A DNA stretch of 64,000 nt from Eubacteriales bacterium (GCA_050943735.1 JBMNPT010000004.1:137420-201419), one strand, 5' to 3'; positions 34,872 to 45,905 are shown, counted from the first letter of the stretch. Notes: generated by a model from the letters alone, not told the origin. Program-made: numbers and translations.

Positions 34872-36671
34872 CTAAGAAACCAATTCCGCTACATATTGTT
34901 CTCCCACCGTCATATCAAAGGTTAATTCATCCAAAACCTGGTTGGGAGGTCCATTTTCATATGCCTGGGTATAAATAGGCGTTTCTTCCATTTCCTTCAA
35001 CAAAATCTCTTCCCACGGATCCAGTGTCAACCCCAATTGCCGCCGTAACACATGCGGCAAATAAAAGGCGGATACCTTTTCCTGGGGAAATTGATCCCAC
35101 TGCTGTCCATATGTGCTCCACAGCAAATAGGGCTGTACATACAAATCTGCACAATTCCGGGAATTGATACCCAGTTGATTGTACACACTCTCCTCCCCCA
35201 CAAAAAATGGATAGTGGTCGCCCACAAACAGCAACACCGTAGGTTCATCCAGCTCCTGCAACGCCTGTGTGAAGGCCGCCAATTCCTCATCCGTATGCTG
35301 AATACCATGCAAATAATATTCCAGTTGATCGGTTCCCGTTTCGTCGCTGTAAGGCTGGTGATTCTGCATGGTAGTGGCATGCAGATACACCGGCTGTTCT
35401 TCATTTTTCAATGTTTTAATGATCTTGGAGAACACTTGGCCATCATCAATGTACCGGCGGTATTTTTCGTATTCGCTTCCCTCTTCCATGGTTTCCGGCC
35501 AGCCATCCTCCTGAAAGATCAATCGATCAAATCCATAGGTGGACAGTACTTCCTCCCGTCCATAAAAACTCCCACTGAAAGGATGCACATAATAAGTCCG
35601 ATACCCATCACTTCGGAAAGATTCTGCCACCGAGAGCTGAGGACGCTCCTTCAGCTTAAAATGAGGTACGGTCAAATTGTTCATGGAATTGACTGGCAAT
35701 CCCATGGTGAGTTCAAACTCCGTTCGAGTGGTATAGCCTCCAAAAGTGGGCACTACACATTCCAGCAATGTCCCCTCCTGCGCCAGACGATCAAAAGTTT
35801 GGTAAGCGGAAGCCGGTACCTCTACCACACCCTTTTCATCCATGGCCTGCAGCCGCCGCATATCACTGTAGGATTCGCTCATCACCACAATGACGTTGGG
35901 CTTGAGCTCCGGTTCTTCTCCTGAGGCGGGCAATCCCTCGCCCATCTTGAGAATTCTTTCCTGACTGTATTCCTCCGGCTCCAGGATGTTATCCTGCACT
36001 TCTTTTTCGGAATTTTTAACCAGAGATGCAATGAAGTTATTCTTGTGAAATTCTTCATTGATGACAAAACTACTGGTACTGCCGCGGTCCTGAATTCCTG
36101 CCATAGTGAATATAGCACGCGCCACCGTAGGAGAAATAATCACACCCACATTGCACACCAACACCAACGCAGCCAAAATACTGCTGACTCTGCGGTGAAG
36201 AATCTTCAATCGATAGTCGAACAGCCACATGAGCAGGTTAAACACCACAAAGACCACCGCACACAAAATCAACTCAGGTGTAAAGGTCAACGTAGCCAGG
36301 CCTGCCACATCCTTGGCGTTGGCGGTCATAAGCAAATCAGAAATCACAAAGTGGGTATTACTGGCTGTGAACTTAAAAAATTCCACACAGGACAGGATAT
36401 ACAGAGGCGCACTGATGAGAAACCCTGCCCAAAAAGTACGGCGCACCAGCAACAGCATCGCTAAAAACAATACGGCTATGTACACCAGATCAAACACAAA
36501 AATACCGGTATTCTGTGTAATGAATTCCCACAGACGGGCGGTATCCTGCATGTGATTGAATTCTGTATTGAGTACAGTAATAAAAGGAAACAGCGCCGCC
36601 AACAGGCCGCTGACCCAATAATACCGGGGATTTCTGAACTTTTCCAGAAAAATCTTGACTTCTTGCATCAA
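34872..36671 (-). CDS. LTA synthase / sulfatase-family membrane protein (LtaS-like)
   Basis: Five N-terminal TM segments followed by an extracellular sulfatase-type domain (NVIVVMSESYSD). Confidence 0.7.
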   Translation of the reverse strand: MMQEVKIFLEKFRNPRYYWVSGLLAALFPFITVLNTEFNHMQDTARLWEFITQNTGIFVFDLVYIAVLFLAMLLLVRRTFWAGFLISAPLYILSCVEFFKFTASNTHFVISDLLMTANAKDVAGLATLTFTPELILCAVVFVVFNLLMWLFDYRLKILHRRVSSILAALVLVCNVGVIISPTVARAIFTMAGIQDRGSTSSFVINEEFHKNNFIASLVKNSEKEVQDNILEPEEYSQERILKMGEGLPASGEEPELKPNVIVVMSESYSDMRRLQAMDEKGVVEVPASAYQTFDRLAQEGTLLECVVPTFGGYTTRTEFELTMGLPVNSMNNLTVPHFKLKERPQLSVAESFRSDGYRTYYVHPFSGSFYGREEVLSTYGFDRLIFQEDGWPETMEEGSEYEKYRRYIDDGQVFSKIIKTLKNEEQPVYLHATTMQNHQPYSDETGTDQLEYYLHGIQHTDEELAAFTQALQELDEPTVLLFVGDHYPFFVGEESVYNQLGINSRNCADLYVQPYLLWSTYGQQWDQFPQEKVSAFYLPHVLRRQLGLTLDPWEEILLKEMEETPIYTQAYENGPPNQVLDELTFDMTVGEQYVAELVS

Positions 36672-36861
36672 ATCCCTCCCTTCCAGGAAGATATGCGGTC
36701 ACATATCCCCATTGTATCCCATATCGCCATCTTGTCAAGAAAGGTTTTGTGAATTTTTCATCAATTTTTAATTTTCCCCATAATCCGCAAAAATTTTTGA
36801 CTTTTGCGGCGAAATCCTGTTTAATAAGAGTGAGAGATTTCATGAAAAAGGAGCTGCACCT

Positions 36862-38052
36862 ATGACACTGAAAGAACAGGCCGTCGCACTGCACCAAAAG
36901 CTGCGCGGTAAAATTTCCATTGTAAGCAATGTGCCGGTCAAAACCAGAGAAGATCTTTCGCTGGCCTATACCCCCGGCGTGGCCGAACCCTGTCTGATGA
37001 TCCAAAAAGATCCCTCTCTCTCCTATGAGCTGACCCGCCGGTGGAATATGACATTGGTGGCCACCGACGGCACCGCGGTTCTTGGGCTGGGGGATATTGG
37101 CCCAGAGGCCGGCATGCCGGTGATGGAAGGCAAATGTGTCCTCTTTAAGGAATTTGCCGATGTAGACGCCTTCCCTCTGTGCATCCGCAGCAAAGATGTG
37201 GATGAGATTGTCAATACCATCGCCCTCATCGCGGGCAGCTTTGGCGGCGTCAATCTGGAGGATATCTCCGCGCCCCGCTGCTTTGAAATCGAGGAAAAAC
37301 TCAAAGCCCGGTGTGATATTCCCATTTTCCACGATGATCAGCATGGTACTGCCATCATCGTAGTGGCCGGTCTCATCAACGCCCTGCGAGTAGTGGGCAA
37401 AAAACTGGAAGATGTGAAGATTGTAGTCAACGGCTGCGGTGCTGCAGGCACCGCCATTGCCAAGCACATCCTGCACATGGGTGCCACCCACCTCACCCTG
37501 TGTGACAAGGACGGCATCCTGTACGAGGGCAAGGAAGGGCTCAATCCCTCTCAGGCAGAGATGGCCAAAATCACCAATCGTGAAATGCAAAAAGGCATGC
37601 TGGCGGACGCACTTCGGGGTGCAGACGTCTTTGTGGGTGTATCCGCTCCGGGCATTGTCACCCAGGACATGGTCGCCTCCATGGCACCGGATGCCATTTT
37701 GTTCGCCATGGCAAACCCCGTACCCGAGATTATGCCCGACCTGGCCAAAGCCGCAGGCGCCCGGGTGGTCGGCACCGGCCGCAGTGACTTTGCCAATCAA
37801 GTCAACAATGTACTGGCTTTCCCCGGGGTATTCCGGGGCGCGCTGGATGTTCGGGCCAGCGACATCAACACCGCTATGAAAGTGGCTGCTTCCTATGCGC
37901 TGGCCGACATTGTGGGCGATGACCTCAGCGAAGACTACATTCTCCCCGCGGCTTTTGATGAACGGGTGGTGCCGGCGGTGGCCCGGGCAGTGGCCCGCGC
38001 CGCTGTGGAAAGCGGTGTAGCCCGCCTGCCGCTGCCTGAAAAGTATCAATAA
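36862..38052 (+). CDS. NAD(P)-dependent malic enzyme (short, MaeB N-domain type)
   Basis: LSLAYTPGVAEPC, ATDGTAVLGLGDIGPEAGMPVMEGK, GINLEDI-like GVNLEDISAPRCFEIE, and NGCGAAGTAI Rossmann motif. Confidence 0.9.
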   Translation: MTLKEQAVALHQKLRGKISIVSNVPVKTREDLSLAYTPGVAEPCLMIQKDPSLSYELTRRWNMTLVATDGTAVLGLGDIGPEAGMPVMEGKCVLFKEFADVDAFPLCIRSKDVDEIVNTIALIAGSFGGVNLEDISAPRCFEIEEKLKARCDIPIFHDDQHGTAIIVVAGLINALRVVGKKLEDVKIVVNGCGAAGTAIAKHILHMGATHLTLCDKDGILYEGKEGLNPSQAEMAKITNREMQKGMLADALRGADVFVGVSAPGIVTQDMVASMAPDAILFAMANPVPEIMPDLAKAAGARVVGTGRSDFANQVNNVLAFPGVFRGALDVRASDINTAMKVAASYALADIVGDDLSEDYILPAAFDERVVPAVARAVARAAVESGVARLPLPEKYQ

Positions 38053-38113
38053 GCCCTTTGTCTCACAAGACGCAAAAAACGCACAGTGGTTTCACTGTGC
38101 GTTTTCTTTTTGA

Positions 38114-38821
38114 TTATGCTCCCAGATATGCCTTGCGCACCTGGTCATTTTCCAGCATTTCGCTGGCTTTGCCGCTCATGACCACCCGGCCGGTTTCCAA
38201 CACGTAGGCCCGATGGGCAATGGACAGCGCCATTTTGGCGTTCTGCTCCACCAGCAAAATGGTGATGCCCGAACGGTTCAGCTCCTGAATGATGGCAAAG
38301 ATCTCCTTGACCAACAGCGGAGACAGACCCATGGAGGGCTCATCCATCAAAATAATCTTGGGTTTGCTCATCATGGCGCGGCCGATGGCCAGCATTTGCT
38401 GCTCACCACCGCTGAGAGTACCGGCTGCCTGCCGGTAGCGCTCCTTCAAACGGGGAAAATGAACATATACATTTTCAATGTCCCTGCGAATCTCCTCCCG
38501 GTCATTGCGGATAAACGCGCCCATCTGCAGATTTTCCTCCACCGTCATATCGGTGAACACATGCCGTCCTTCCGGCACATGGGCCATTCCCAGCCGGATG
38601 ATCTTATGGGCATCGGTCTTGAGCAGATTGGTCCCCTCCAGGGTGATAGACCCGCTGGTGGGGCGCTTGAGCCCAGTGATGGTGTGCAGTGTAGTGGTTT
38701 TGCCGGCACCGTTGGCACCGATCAGAGAAACAATCTCACCCTGCTGCACCTCCAGGCTGACATCATGAATGGCGTGAATGGCCCCATAGGACACATTCAA
38801 ATTTTCAACTTTCAGCATCAC
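38114..38821 (-). CDS. livF: Branched-chain amino acid ABC transporter ATP-binding protein
   Basis: GANGAGKTT, LSGGEQQMLAIGRA, ILMDEPSMGL. Confidence 0.85.
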   Translation of the reverse strand: MMLKVENLNVSYGAIHAIHDVSLEVQQGEIVSLIGANGAGKTTTLHTITGLKRPTSGSITLEGTNLLKTDAHKIIRLGMAHVPEGRHVFTDMTVEENLQMGAFIRNDREEIRRDIENVYVHFPRLKERYRQAAGTLSGGEQQMLAIGRAMMSKPKIILMDEPSMGLSPLLVKEIFAIIQELNRSGITILLVEQNAKMALSIAHRAYVLETGRVVMSGKASEMLENDQVRKAYLGA

Positions 38822-38829
38822 ATTCCCTC

Positions 38830-39597
38830 CTACTCGCCCAGATAGGCGCCGATCACCTTTTTGTTGGTGGCGATCTCCGCCGGAGTTCCCTTGGCGATGA
38901 TCATACCGTAATCCAGCACCACAATGCGCTCGCAGATGTTCATCACCAAACTCATATCATGCTCAATGAGCAGGATGGAAATGCCGAATTTTTCCCGAAT
39001 CAGGGCAATGGCTTCCATCAATTCCGCTGTTTCAGTGGGATTCATACCCGCCGCCGGTTCATCCAGCAGTAAAATCTTACAGCCGGTGGCCAGTGCCCGG
39101 GCGATCTCCAGCTTACGCTGCTGACCGTAGGGCAGATTCTTTGCGGTATTGTCAGCCAGCTCCTCCATGTGGAACAGAGAGAGGATCTCCCGGGCCTTAG
39201 TGTCGATCTCCTGCTCTTCCTTCCAATAACTGCCCAGCCGCAAAACACCCTGCAAAATGCTGTACTTCATATTTTGATTGAAGGCCACCTTGACATTTTC
39301 CAGTACCGACAGATCCTTGAACAACCGGATATTCTGGAAAGTACGGGCAATGCCTTCCTTGGCCCGCTGATGGGGCAGCTTGCCCTGCATATCCTTGCCG
39401 TTGAGGTAAATGGTGCCTTCTGTGGGCTGATATACGCCGGTGAGCAGGTTGAATACCGTAGTTTTTCCGGCGCCGTTGGGGCCGATCAAACCCACCAGCT
39501 CCCGCTCGCCAATTTCAATATTGAAATCACCCACCGCTTTGAGGCCGCCAAAAGTGATGCCCAGATGTTCCGCCTTGAGTACAGGAACCTTTTTCAT
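38830..39597 (-). CDS. livG: Branched-chain amino acid ABC transporter ATP-binding protein
   Basis: GPNGAGKTT, LPYGQQRKLEIARAL, LLLDEPAAGMNP. Confidence 0.85.
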   Translation of the reverse strand: MKKVPVLKAEHLGITFGGLKAVGDFNIEIGERELVGLIGPNGAGKTTVFNLLTGVYQPTEGTIYLNGKDMQGKLPHQRAKEGIARTFQNIRLFKDLSVLENVKVAFNQNMKYSILQGVLRLGSYWKEEQEIDTKAREILSLFHMEELADNTAKNLPYGQQRKLEIARALATGCKILLLDEPAAGMNPTETAELMEAIALIREKFGISILLIEHDMSLVMNICERIVVLDYGMIIAKGTPAEIATNKKVIGAYLGE

Positions 39598-40634
39598 ACC
39601 TTTTCAGCCTCCTTTCGTGCCTTGGGGCCGGACATTTTACCGCCCCGGCCGGTGACGCGATCCACCAGTCTGGTCAGAGAGAACTCATACCGTCCCAGCA
39701 AACCGGAAGGCTTGAAAATCATCATCAAAATCAGTGCCACCGAATAGATGACCATTCGATAGTCGGAAAATTCCCGCAGTGCTTCGGGCAAAATGGTCAG
39801 GCCTGTGGCCGCCAGCACCGAACCGGTAAGAGAACCCATACCGCCCAAAACCACGAACACCAGAATGTCCACCGATTTGTTAAAGTCAAACTTAGCGGCA
39901 CTGAGCAAGCCGGTAAACAGCGCATACATGGCGCCGGCCACTCCGGCAAAAAAGGCGGAAACCACAAAAGCCAGCACCTTGTAATAGGTGTTGTGAATCC
40001 CGCAGGCCTCCGAGGCAATGTCATCCTCCCGGATGGCCATAATCGCCCGGCCAAAACGGCTGCGAACAAAGGTAAAGAGCACTGCCACAATCAGCACCGT
40101 CACCCAGAACACCCAGCTGAACGCGGCCAGCTTGGGGATTTGTTTGAGGCCCTGCGCGCCGCCGGTGAAGTCGAAATACTCAATGATTACCTTAATGATC
40201 TGACAAAAACCCAGGGTGATAATGGCCAGATAGTCGCCTTTCAGGCGCAGGGAAGGAATACCCATAGCCAGGCCTACCACAGCGGCCAGAATGCCGCCCA
40301 CCAGCAAGGAGACCACAAAAATACCAAAGGACAGTGCCATATCCATAGCGGGATTTCCGGTCTGAGGCTCACCTACCGCCTTGGCCAGCAGGCCCGCAGC
40401 ATAGGCACCAATGGACATAAAACCGGCATGTCCCAGAGCGATCTGCCCCAGGAAACCAGTGGTAATATTCAGCGATACCGCCAGTACAATATTCACCAGA
40501 ATCAACATCAAAATGCCCTTGTAATAGCTGTTGATTACGCCGGTCTGCATCAGAAGCATCAGCAGCGCATACAGGGCCACCACCGCCACCAGGTTGATGA
40601 CGGAGGCGCGCATACATTCTTTTCTGCTTTTCAT
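39594..40634 (-). CDS. livM: Branched-chain amino acid ABC transporter permease
   Basis: 346-aa polytopic protein. Its stop overlaps the livG start. Confidence 0.8.
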   Translation of the reverse strand: MKSRKECMRASVINLVAVVALYALLMLLMQTGVINSYYKGILMLILVNIVLAVSLNITTGFLGQIALGHAGFMSIGAYAAGLLAKAVGEPQTGNPAMDMALSFGIFVVSLLVGGILAAVVGLAMGIPSLRLKGDYLAIITLGFCQIIKVIIEYFDFTGGAQGLKQIPKLAAFSWVFWVTVLIVAVLFTFVRSRFGRAIMAIREDDIASEACGIHNTYYKVLAFVVSAFFAGVAGAMYALFTGLLSAAKFDFNKSVDILVFVVLGGMGSLTGSVLAATGLTILPEALREFSDYRMVIYSVALILMMIFKPSGLLGRYEFSLTRLVDRVTGRGGKMSGPKARKEAEKV

Positions 40635-40644
40635 TATCCGTCAC

Positions 40645-41562
40645 CTACACTTTCTCGCCGGTATTTTTGCCCAGTACGCCGGTGGGCTTCACAAGCAACA
40701 CTACAATCAACACGCCAAACACAATGGCATCAGACAGGTCCGTCGAAATATACGCCTTGGACAGGCTCTCAATGATCCCAATGACAATGCCGCCCAGCAT
40801 GGCTCCGGGCAAAATGCCGATTCCTCCCAGCACCGCCGCCACAAAAGCCTTGAGGCCCAGCATGGAACCAATAAACGGTCCTACCGAAGGGTATTGGCTC
40901 ACATACATGGCAGCCGCCACCGCTGCCAGCCCGCTGCCAATGGCAAAAGTCAGCGAAATGGTGGTGTTGGGATTGATGCCCATCAGCACCGCCGCACTGC
41001 TGTCCTCCGACACTGCGCGCATGGCTTTGCCCATCCGGGTTTTCTTTACAAAAAGCTGCAATGCTACCATAGCGATCACCGACAGCACCACCGTCACGAT
41101 GGTCACACCGGAAATCTCAATGGGCCCCACCATAATAGACGGTGCGTTAAACAGCGCCTGCACCGGCTTTTTGGCACTGCCAAAAATCAGCAGGAAGCTG
41201 TTTTGCAGCAGCAAACTCACCGCAATGGCGGTGATCAGCACCGACAGGCTGGGGGCTCCCCGCAGCGGTTTATACGCAATTTTCTCGGTCGCCATACCCA
41301 GCACAGCACATACCACAATAGCCGCCAGTATGCACAGCCAGGCGGGCATGCCCGCTCCCAACAAAAGCGGAATGGTCAGCAGACAGACATAGCCACCCAC
41401 CATGATGAAATCACCATGGGCAAAATTGATGAGCTTGACGATACCATACACCATGGTATAGCCCAGCGCCACCAGTGCGTAAATGCTGCCCGCCTGCAAA
41501 CCGTTGATCAAATGCTGAATCAGCATTTCCAGGTGTTGCACCAGCTGTTGTAACATTCCCAT
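40645..41562 (-). CDS. livH: Branched-chain amino acid ABC transporter permease
   Basis: INGLQAGSIYALVALGYTMVYG N-terminal signature. Start at ATG 41562, 5 nt after GAGGAG. Confidence 0.8.
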   Translation of the reverse strand: MGMLQQLVQHLEMLIQHLINGLQAGSIYALVALGYTMVYGIVKLINFAHGDFIMVGGYVCLLTIPLLLGAGMPAWLCILAAIVVCAVLGMATEKIAYKPLRGAPSLSVLITAIAVSLLLQNSFLLIFGSAKKPVQALFNAPSIMVGPIEISGVTIVTVVLSVIAMVALQLFVKKTRMGKAMRAVSEDSSAAVLMGINPNTTISLTFAIGSGLAAVAAAMYVSQYPSVGPFIGSMLGLKAFVAAVLGGIGILPGAMLGGIVIGIIESLSKAYISTDLSDAIVFGVLIVVLLVKPTGVLGKNTGEKV

Positions 41563-41731
41563 CACATCTCCTCTTCCCCCAGACGGCTGCCTCACAAACC
41601 GCCGTTGGTTTCTGTCCGCACATGGCAGACAAATGCTTTTCTCATACCCTCTATATTAAACAATTTGCTGAAAAAAGTCAATGGGGCAGGAAACTCCTGC
41701 CCCATTGTGTATCTCTCCCTACAGAGGGATT

Positions 41732-42898
41732 TTACTTGGTGATCTTGGTCTCCAGCTTGCTGGCTCCATTTTCATACTTGATAACAGCGATGTCCTTGAT
41801 GGTGTCACCGTTTTCGTCAAACTTGATGTGGCCGGTTACACCGTCGATTTCCACGCTGGCCAGCGCCTCGGCAATGGCTGCCCGGTCAGTGCTGCCGGCT
41901 GCCTCGATGGCTGCCTTCATCTGATACACAGCGTCATAGCCCAGTGCGGAGAAAGCAGTGGGATCTTCGTTGTAAGTCTCCTTGTACTTGGATACAAAGT
42001 TGGCTACCACTTCGGTGGTGTCGTTCACATCATAGTGGTTGGAGTAATAGCAGTTGTCCACCACGTTCATGTTGTCCGCGGTGAGCTGAGTCAGCACGCC
42101 ATCCCAGCCGTCCGCACCCAGAATGGGATTGGTGTAGCCAGCATCTCTTGCCTGAATGGCAATCATGGCATCCTTTTCATAGTACTCGGGCACAAACAGC
42201 ACATCAGGATTGAGAGAAGCGATCTTGGTGAGCTGGGTCTTGAAGTCCACGTCATCCTTGCCGTAGCCTTCATCCGCTACCACTTCCAGTCCCAATTCAC
42301 CAGCCGCGGCAACAAAAGCGTCCGCTACACCCTGGGAGTACTCATCGGAGTTGTTGCGCAGCACAGCCGCGGTGGAAGCACCCAGATTGTCCTTTGCAAA
42401 GGTGGCCATGGTCTGGCCCTGCTGGGGATCGGTAAAGCAGGTACGGAAAATGGTATCGCCTGCCAGGGTGATGTCGGAGCTGGTGCCGGTGGGAGTGATC
42501 ATTGCCAGGCCCACCTCAGCGGCCAACTCTGCCACTGCCAGGCTGGGCTTACTGGTTACGTCGCCGATCAGGCCCACAATGCCCTCGCCTTCCATCTTAC
42601 GGAATGCGTTCATGGCTTCGTCCACGTCGCCCTTTTCGTCCTGAATGTTGGCCACGATCTGCATACCATTGATGCCGCCGGCCTCATTGATCTCATCGAT
42701 GGCCAGCTGAATGCCATTGACAGTGCTCTTGCCGTACACAGAAACTTCACCGGTCAGAGGAGCCAGTACGCCCAGGTTGATTCCATCACCGGAACCAGTG
42801 CCTTCGCCGCTGGTGGAAGTGCCGGTATCGCCTCCGCAGGCGGTCAGAGTGGTTGCTGCCAATGCGGCTGCCAAAGCCGCTGCCAGAAACTTCTTCAT
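41732..42898 (-). CDS. livK: Branched-chain amino acid ABC transporter substrate-binding lipoprotein
   Basis: MKKFLAAALAAALAATTLTACGG lipobox. LIVBP-type body (GVLAPLTGEVSVYG). Confidence 0.85.
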   Translation of the reverse strand: MKKFLAAALAAALAATTLTACGGDTGTSTSGEGTGSGDGINLGVLAPLTGEVSVYGKSTVNGIQLAIDEINEAGGINGMQIVANIQDEKGDVDEAMNAFRKMEGEGIVGLIGDVTSKPSLAVAELAAEVGLAMITPTGTSSDITLAGDTIFRTCFTDPQQGQTMATFAKDNLGASTAAVLRNNSDEYSQGVADAFVAAAGELGLEVVADEGYGKDDVDFKTQLTKIASLNPDVLFVPEYYEKDAMIAIQARDAGYTNPILGADGWDGVLTQLTADNMNVVDNCYYSNHYDVNDTTEVVANFVSKYKETYNEDPTAFSALGYDAVYQMKAAIEAAGSTDRAAIAEALASVEIDGVTGHIKFDENGDTIKDIAVIKYENGASKLETKITK

Positions 42899-43277
42899 AA
42901 AATCTTCCTCCTTGTTTGCGGGTGATAAAACCCGCTGATAAATGGGATTGCCTGTATGTGGTTTTTATTATAGAAGAAAAGCCATTAAATAACAATGGCA
43001 CATTTCGCTAACTCTGCCGCCTTTATACACTGGAAATCTATCCATTTTTCTGAATTTTTGCATTTTTACTCTTTCCATCTGCGCAAATTTTCCTGAATTG
43101 AAGAAAATTGGGCTTACTTTTTCCTTCTTCTGCATGTTGACATAACTCACCTTGCAAATTCTTTTTCCGCTGCTGTTGTGTTTCCGTCATGCCTTTCGTT
43201 ATCATGCACCAATTCCTGCATTTTTTCTGCAACAATATACAAAATACTGCTTTTTTTACAAGAAAGACACAAATAAA

Positions 43278-43306
43278 TTGCAAACCACCCCCCAATATGA
43301 TATGAT
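43278..43306 (+). promoter_or_regulatory. Promoter of nhaC
   Basis: TTGCAA, 17 nt, TATGAT. Confidence 0.5.
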
Positions 43307-43406
43307 ATGGGTGATTTATATGGATTTTCTCTCCTATAGAGAGAATGTCGTTTCACAGCTGGCGCGGGGGCGCTGGCAATCCAACCAAAAAAGGAGACGT
43401 TGTGTT

Positions 43407-44960
43407 ATGGAACCTATCCAAGTGGGATTTTTATCCGTCCTACCCCCCATCATCGCCATTGGATTGGCACTGCTGACCAAAGAGGTCATTTCCTCTCTGA
43501 TCATTGGCATTCTGTCGGGCACCCTTATTTACGCGGCTTACACCAGCACCGGTATCATTGGCATCATCACCAATACCTTCAGCACTGCCATGCAGCTGAT
43601 GACCGCCAAACTGGGCGACAACGCCGCCATCATTCTTTTCCTGGGCTTTTTGGGCATACTGGTCATGGTGGTGACCAAGGCCGGCGGCTCCCGGGCCTAT
43701 GGCGAATGGGCCAGCCGTAAAATCAAAACCCGGGCAGGCGCACAGCTGGCCACCAGTGCATTAGGCGCTCTCATCTTCATTGACGACTATTTCAACTGTC
43801 TGACTGTAGGTACTGTCATGCGGCCGGTAACGGATAAAAACCGCATTTCCCATGCCAAACTGGCTTATCTCATTGATGCCACCGCGGCTCCCATCTGCAT
43901 CATCGCTCCCATCTCTTCCTGGGCTGCCTCGGTAATCTCTTATATGGAAGGTACCGGACTGGACGGTATGTCCGCTTTTATCCAGTCCATCCCCTACAAC
44001 CTGTACGCAGTGTTCACTTTCCTGATGATCATTCTGCTTTCTTCCACCTCGCTGGATTTCGGCCCTATGGCCCGTTTTGAACGGAATGCACAGCTCCACG
44101 GTGATCTGGATTCCAATACTTCGGTACAGGCGGAAGAAGACGAACTCTCCACAGTGAAAGTATCCGACAAGGGCAAAGTAATCGATCTGGTATTGCCCAT
44201 TTTGGTACTGATCGTCCTGTCCATTTTGTCCATGCTTTATGTGGGTGGATATTTCCAGGGCGGCATGACACTGGCAGAGGGCTTTGGCAACACCGATGCT
44301 GGTCCTGCTCTGGCACTGGCCAGTTTTGGTACCCTGATTTTCACCTTCCTGTGGCTGGTACCCCGAAAAGTGCTTTCTTTTGGTGATTTTATGTCCAGCA
44401 TTGGACCTGGTGTCAAATCCATGGTAGGCGCTTACCTGATCCTCACCCTGGCCTGGACCATCAGCGGTGTATGCCGGGATCTGCTCAGCACCGGTGAATA
44501 TGTAGGTGAATTGGTACGTACCTCCAATATGCCTGTGATGCTCATCCCTGCCATCATCTTCCTGGTAGCTGCGGGACTTTCCTTCTCCATGGGTACATCC
44601 TGGGGTACCTTCGGCATCCTGATTCCCATTATCGCTTCGGTGTGTCAGAAGGTAGCTCCCGATTTGACCATCATTGCTCTGTCCGCCACCCTGGCAGGTT
44701 CTGTCTTCGGCGACCACTGCAGTCCCATCTCCGACACCACCATTCTCTCCTCCACCGGTGCCAAATGTCACCATCTGGATCATGTGTCCACACAGATCCC
44801 CTATGCGCTGGTAGTGGCTATCGCTTCTCTGGCAGGCTATCTGGTGGCAGGTGTGACCGAAAACCTGATTGCCACCCTGCTCACCTCCCTGGTGGTTCTG
44901 GTGGCCATCATTGTGGTTCTGCACCGGAAATTTGTCAAGCAAAACCCGGAAGAAAATTGA
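43407..44960 (+). CDS. nhaC: Na+/H+ antiporter NhaC family
   Basis: 517-aa polytopic protein. AAGGAGA RBS before ATG 43407; the upstream 85 codons of the track ORF lie in the promoter region. Confidence 0.75.
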   Translation: MEPIQVGFLSVLPPIIAIGLALLTKEVISSLIIGILSGTLIYAAYTSTGIIGIITNTFSTAMQLMTAKLGDNAAIILFLGFLGILVMVVTKAGGSRAYGEWASRKIKTRAGAQLATSALGALIFIDDYFNCLTVGTVMRPVTDKNRISHAKLAYLIDATAAPICIIAPISSWAASVISYMEGTGLDGMSAFIQSIPYNLYAVFTFLMIILLSSTSLDFGPMARFERNAQLHGDLDSNTSVQAEEDELSTVKVSDKGKVIDLVLPILVLIVLSILSMLYVGGYFQGGMTLAEGFGNTDAGPALALASFGTLIFTFLWLVPRKVLSFGDFMSSIGPGVKSMVGAYLILTLAWTISGVCRDLLSTGEYVGELVRTSNMPVMLIPAIIFLVAAGLSFSMGTSWGTFGILIPIIASVCQKVAPDLTIIALSATLAGSVFGDHCSPISDTTILSSTGAKCHHLDHVSTQIPYALVVAIASLAGYLVAGVTENLIATLLTSLVVLVAIIVVLHRKFVKQNPEEN

Positions 44961-45032
44961 AATTTGACTTCATAAGAAAGGAAAGCCTCCTGACCGAAGC
45001 TCGGTCAGGAGGCTTTTTGCAACACCTGATTC

Positions 45033-45905
45033 TTATCGATGATCTCCAAAATGAAAGAGCGTTAGTACACCTACACCGGTATGTGCTCCAATAACAGGTC
45101 CAACCTCAGTGAAAATGATATTTTTCACATGCAGCCGTTCCTGTGCCAGGCGATACAACATTTCCCCTTCTTCCTTACAACCACCATGACCAACAAAAAT
45201 GGTCTGCTCTTCAGGATTCACCAAATGAGCTGCTGCCTGTTCCACCATGGACTCCATGGATTTGCGTCTGCCCCGCGCTTTGCCGTAGCTGACCAGACGT
45301 CCCTCATCATCTACCCGGAGTACCGGTTTTACATTGAGCAGTCCACCCACCATGGCAGTGGCTGCGGAAATTCGTCCGCCCCGTTTCAAATGCTGTAAAT
45401 CATCCACTGTATACCAGTGGCACACGTTCATCTTGTGATCTTCTACCCACTGGGCCAACTGCTCCAGTTCCATTCCCTGTTTTTTCTGCTGCACAGCCGC
45501 CCAAACCAATAATCCTTCTCCGCTGGAGGCACACAGCGAATCAATGGAAATGATCTTTCTGTCCGGGAATTTCTCCTGCAACTCTGCCGCTGCAATACGA
45601 GAAGCTTGGTATGTCCCGCTTAAGCCAGAAGAAAAACAAATATATAAAATATCCTTGCCTTCCTCCAAAACCGGAACAAAATACTCCTCATATGTAGTCA
45701 TATTGATCTGGGAGGTGGTGGTCATTTCTCCCTCACCAGTACGCCGGTAAAATTCCTCCAGCGACATCTCCCGGGCATCAAAGTAGTGCCGGTATGACGT
45801 ACCACTCATCTGAAATTCCATGGGCAATACCAAAATCCCCATTTCCCGCACCAAGTCACAGGGCAGATCACAGGTCGCATCGGTTGCGATGATAAACTCT
45901 CTCAT
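45033..45905 (-). CDS. DegV-family fatty-acid-binding protein
   Basis: MREFIIATDATCDLP N-terminus and length typical of DegV. Confidence 0.8.
   Translation of the reverse strand: MREFIIATDATCDLPCDLVREMGILVLPMEFQMSGTSYRHYFDAREMSLEEFYRRTGEGEMTTTSQINMTTYEEYFVPVLEEGKDILYICFSSGLSGTYQASRIAAAELQEKFPDRKIISIDSLCASSGEGLLVWAAVQQKKQGMELEQLAQWVEDHKMNVCHWYTVDDLQHLKRGGRISAATAMVGGLLNVKPVLRVDDEGRLVSYGKARGRRKSMESMVEQAAAHLVNPEEQTIFVGHGGCKEEGEMLYRLAQERLHVKNIIFTEVGPVIGAHTGVGVLTLFHFGDHR

Noticed and set aside
36490-38049. 519-aa minus-strand ORF, the longest unexplained ORF in the track
   Set aside because: It lies exactly antisense to the malic enzyme gene (36862-38052), which has unmistakable motifs. The minus-strand product is Gly/His/Ala-rich with no motifs and no RBS. 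It is a shadow ORF typical of GC-rich coding DNA.
41681-42925. Long antisense ORFs: 414 aa here. Also 393 aa at 43761-44942, 370 aa at 33423-34535, 340 aa at 40531-41553, 313 aa at 5961-6902, 306 aa at 28938-29858 and 221 aa at 18922-19587
   Set aside because: Each is the mirror frame of a confidently identified gene (livK, nhaC, sugar SBP, livH, panE-like, amidohydrolase, and the element paralogs). All have odd composition and lack an RBS.
43307-43406. ~95-nt nhaC leader with two hairpins, considered as a possible cation riboswitch
   Set aside because: There is no terminator or RBS-sequestering alternative structure that I could see, and no match to riboswitch consensus sequences I know. 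The evidence is insufficient.
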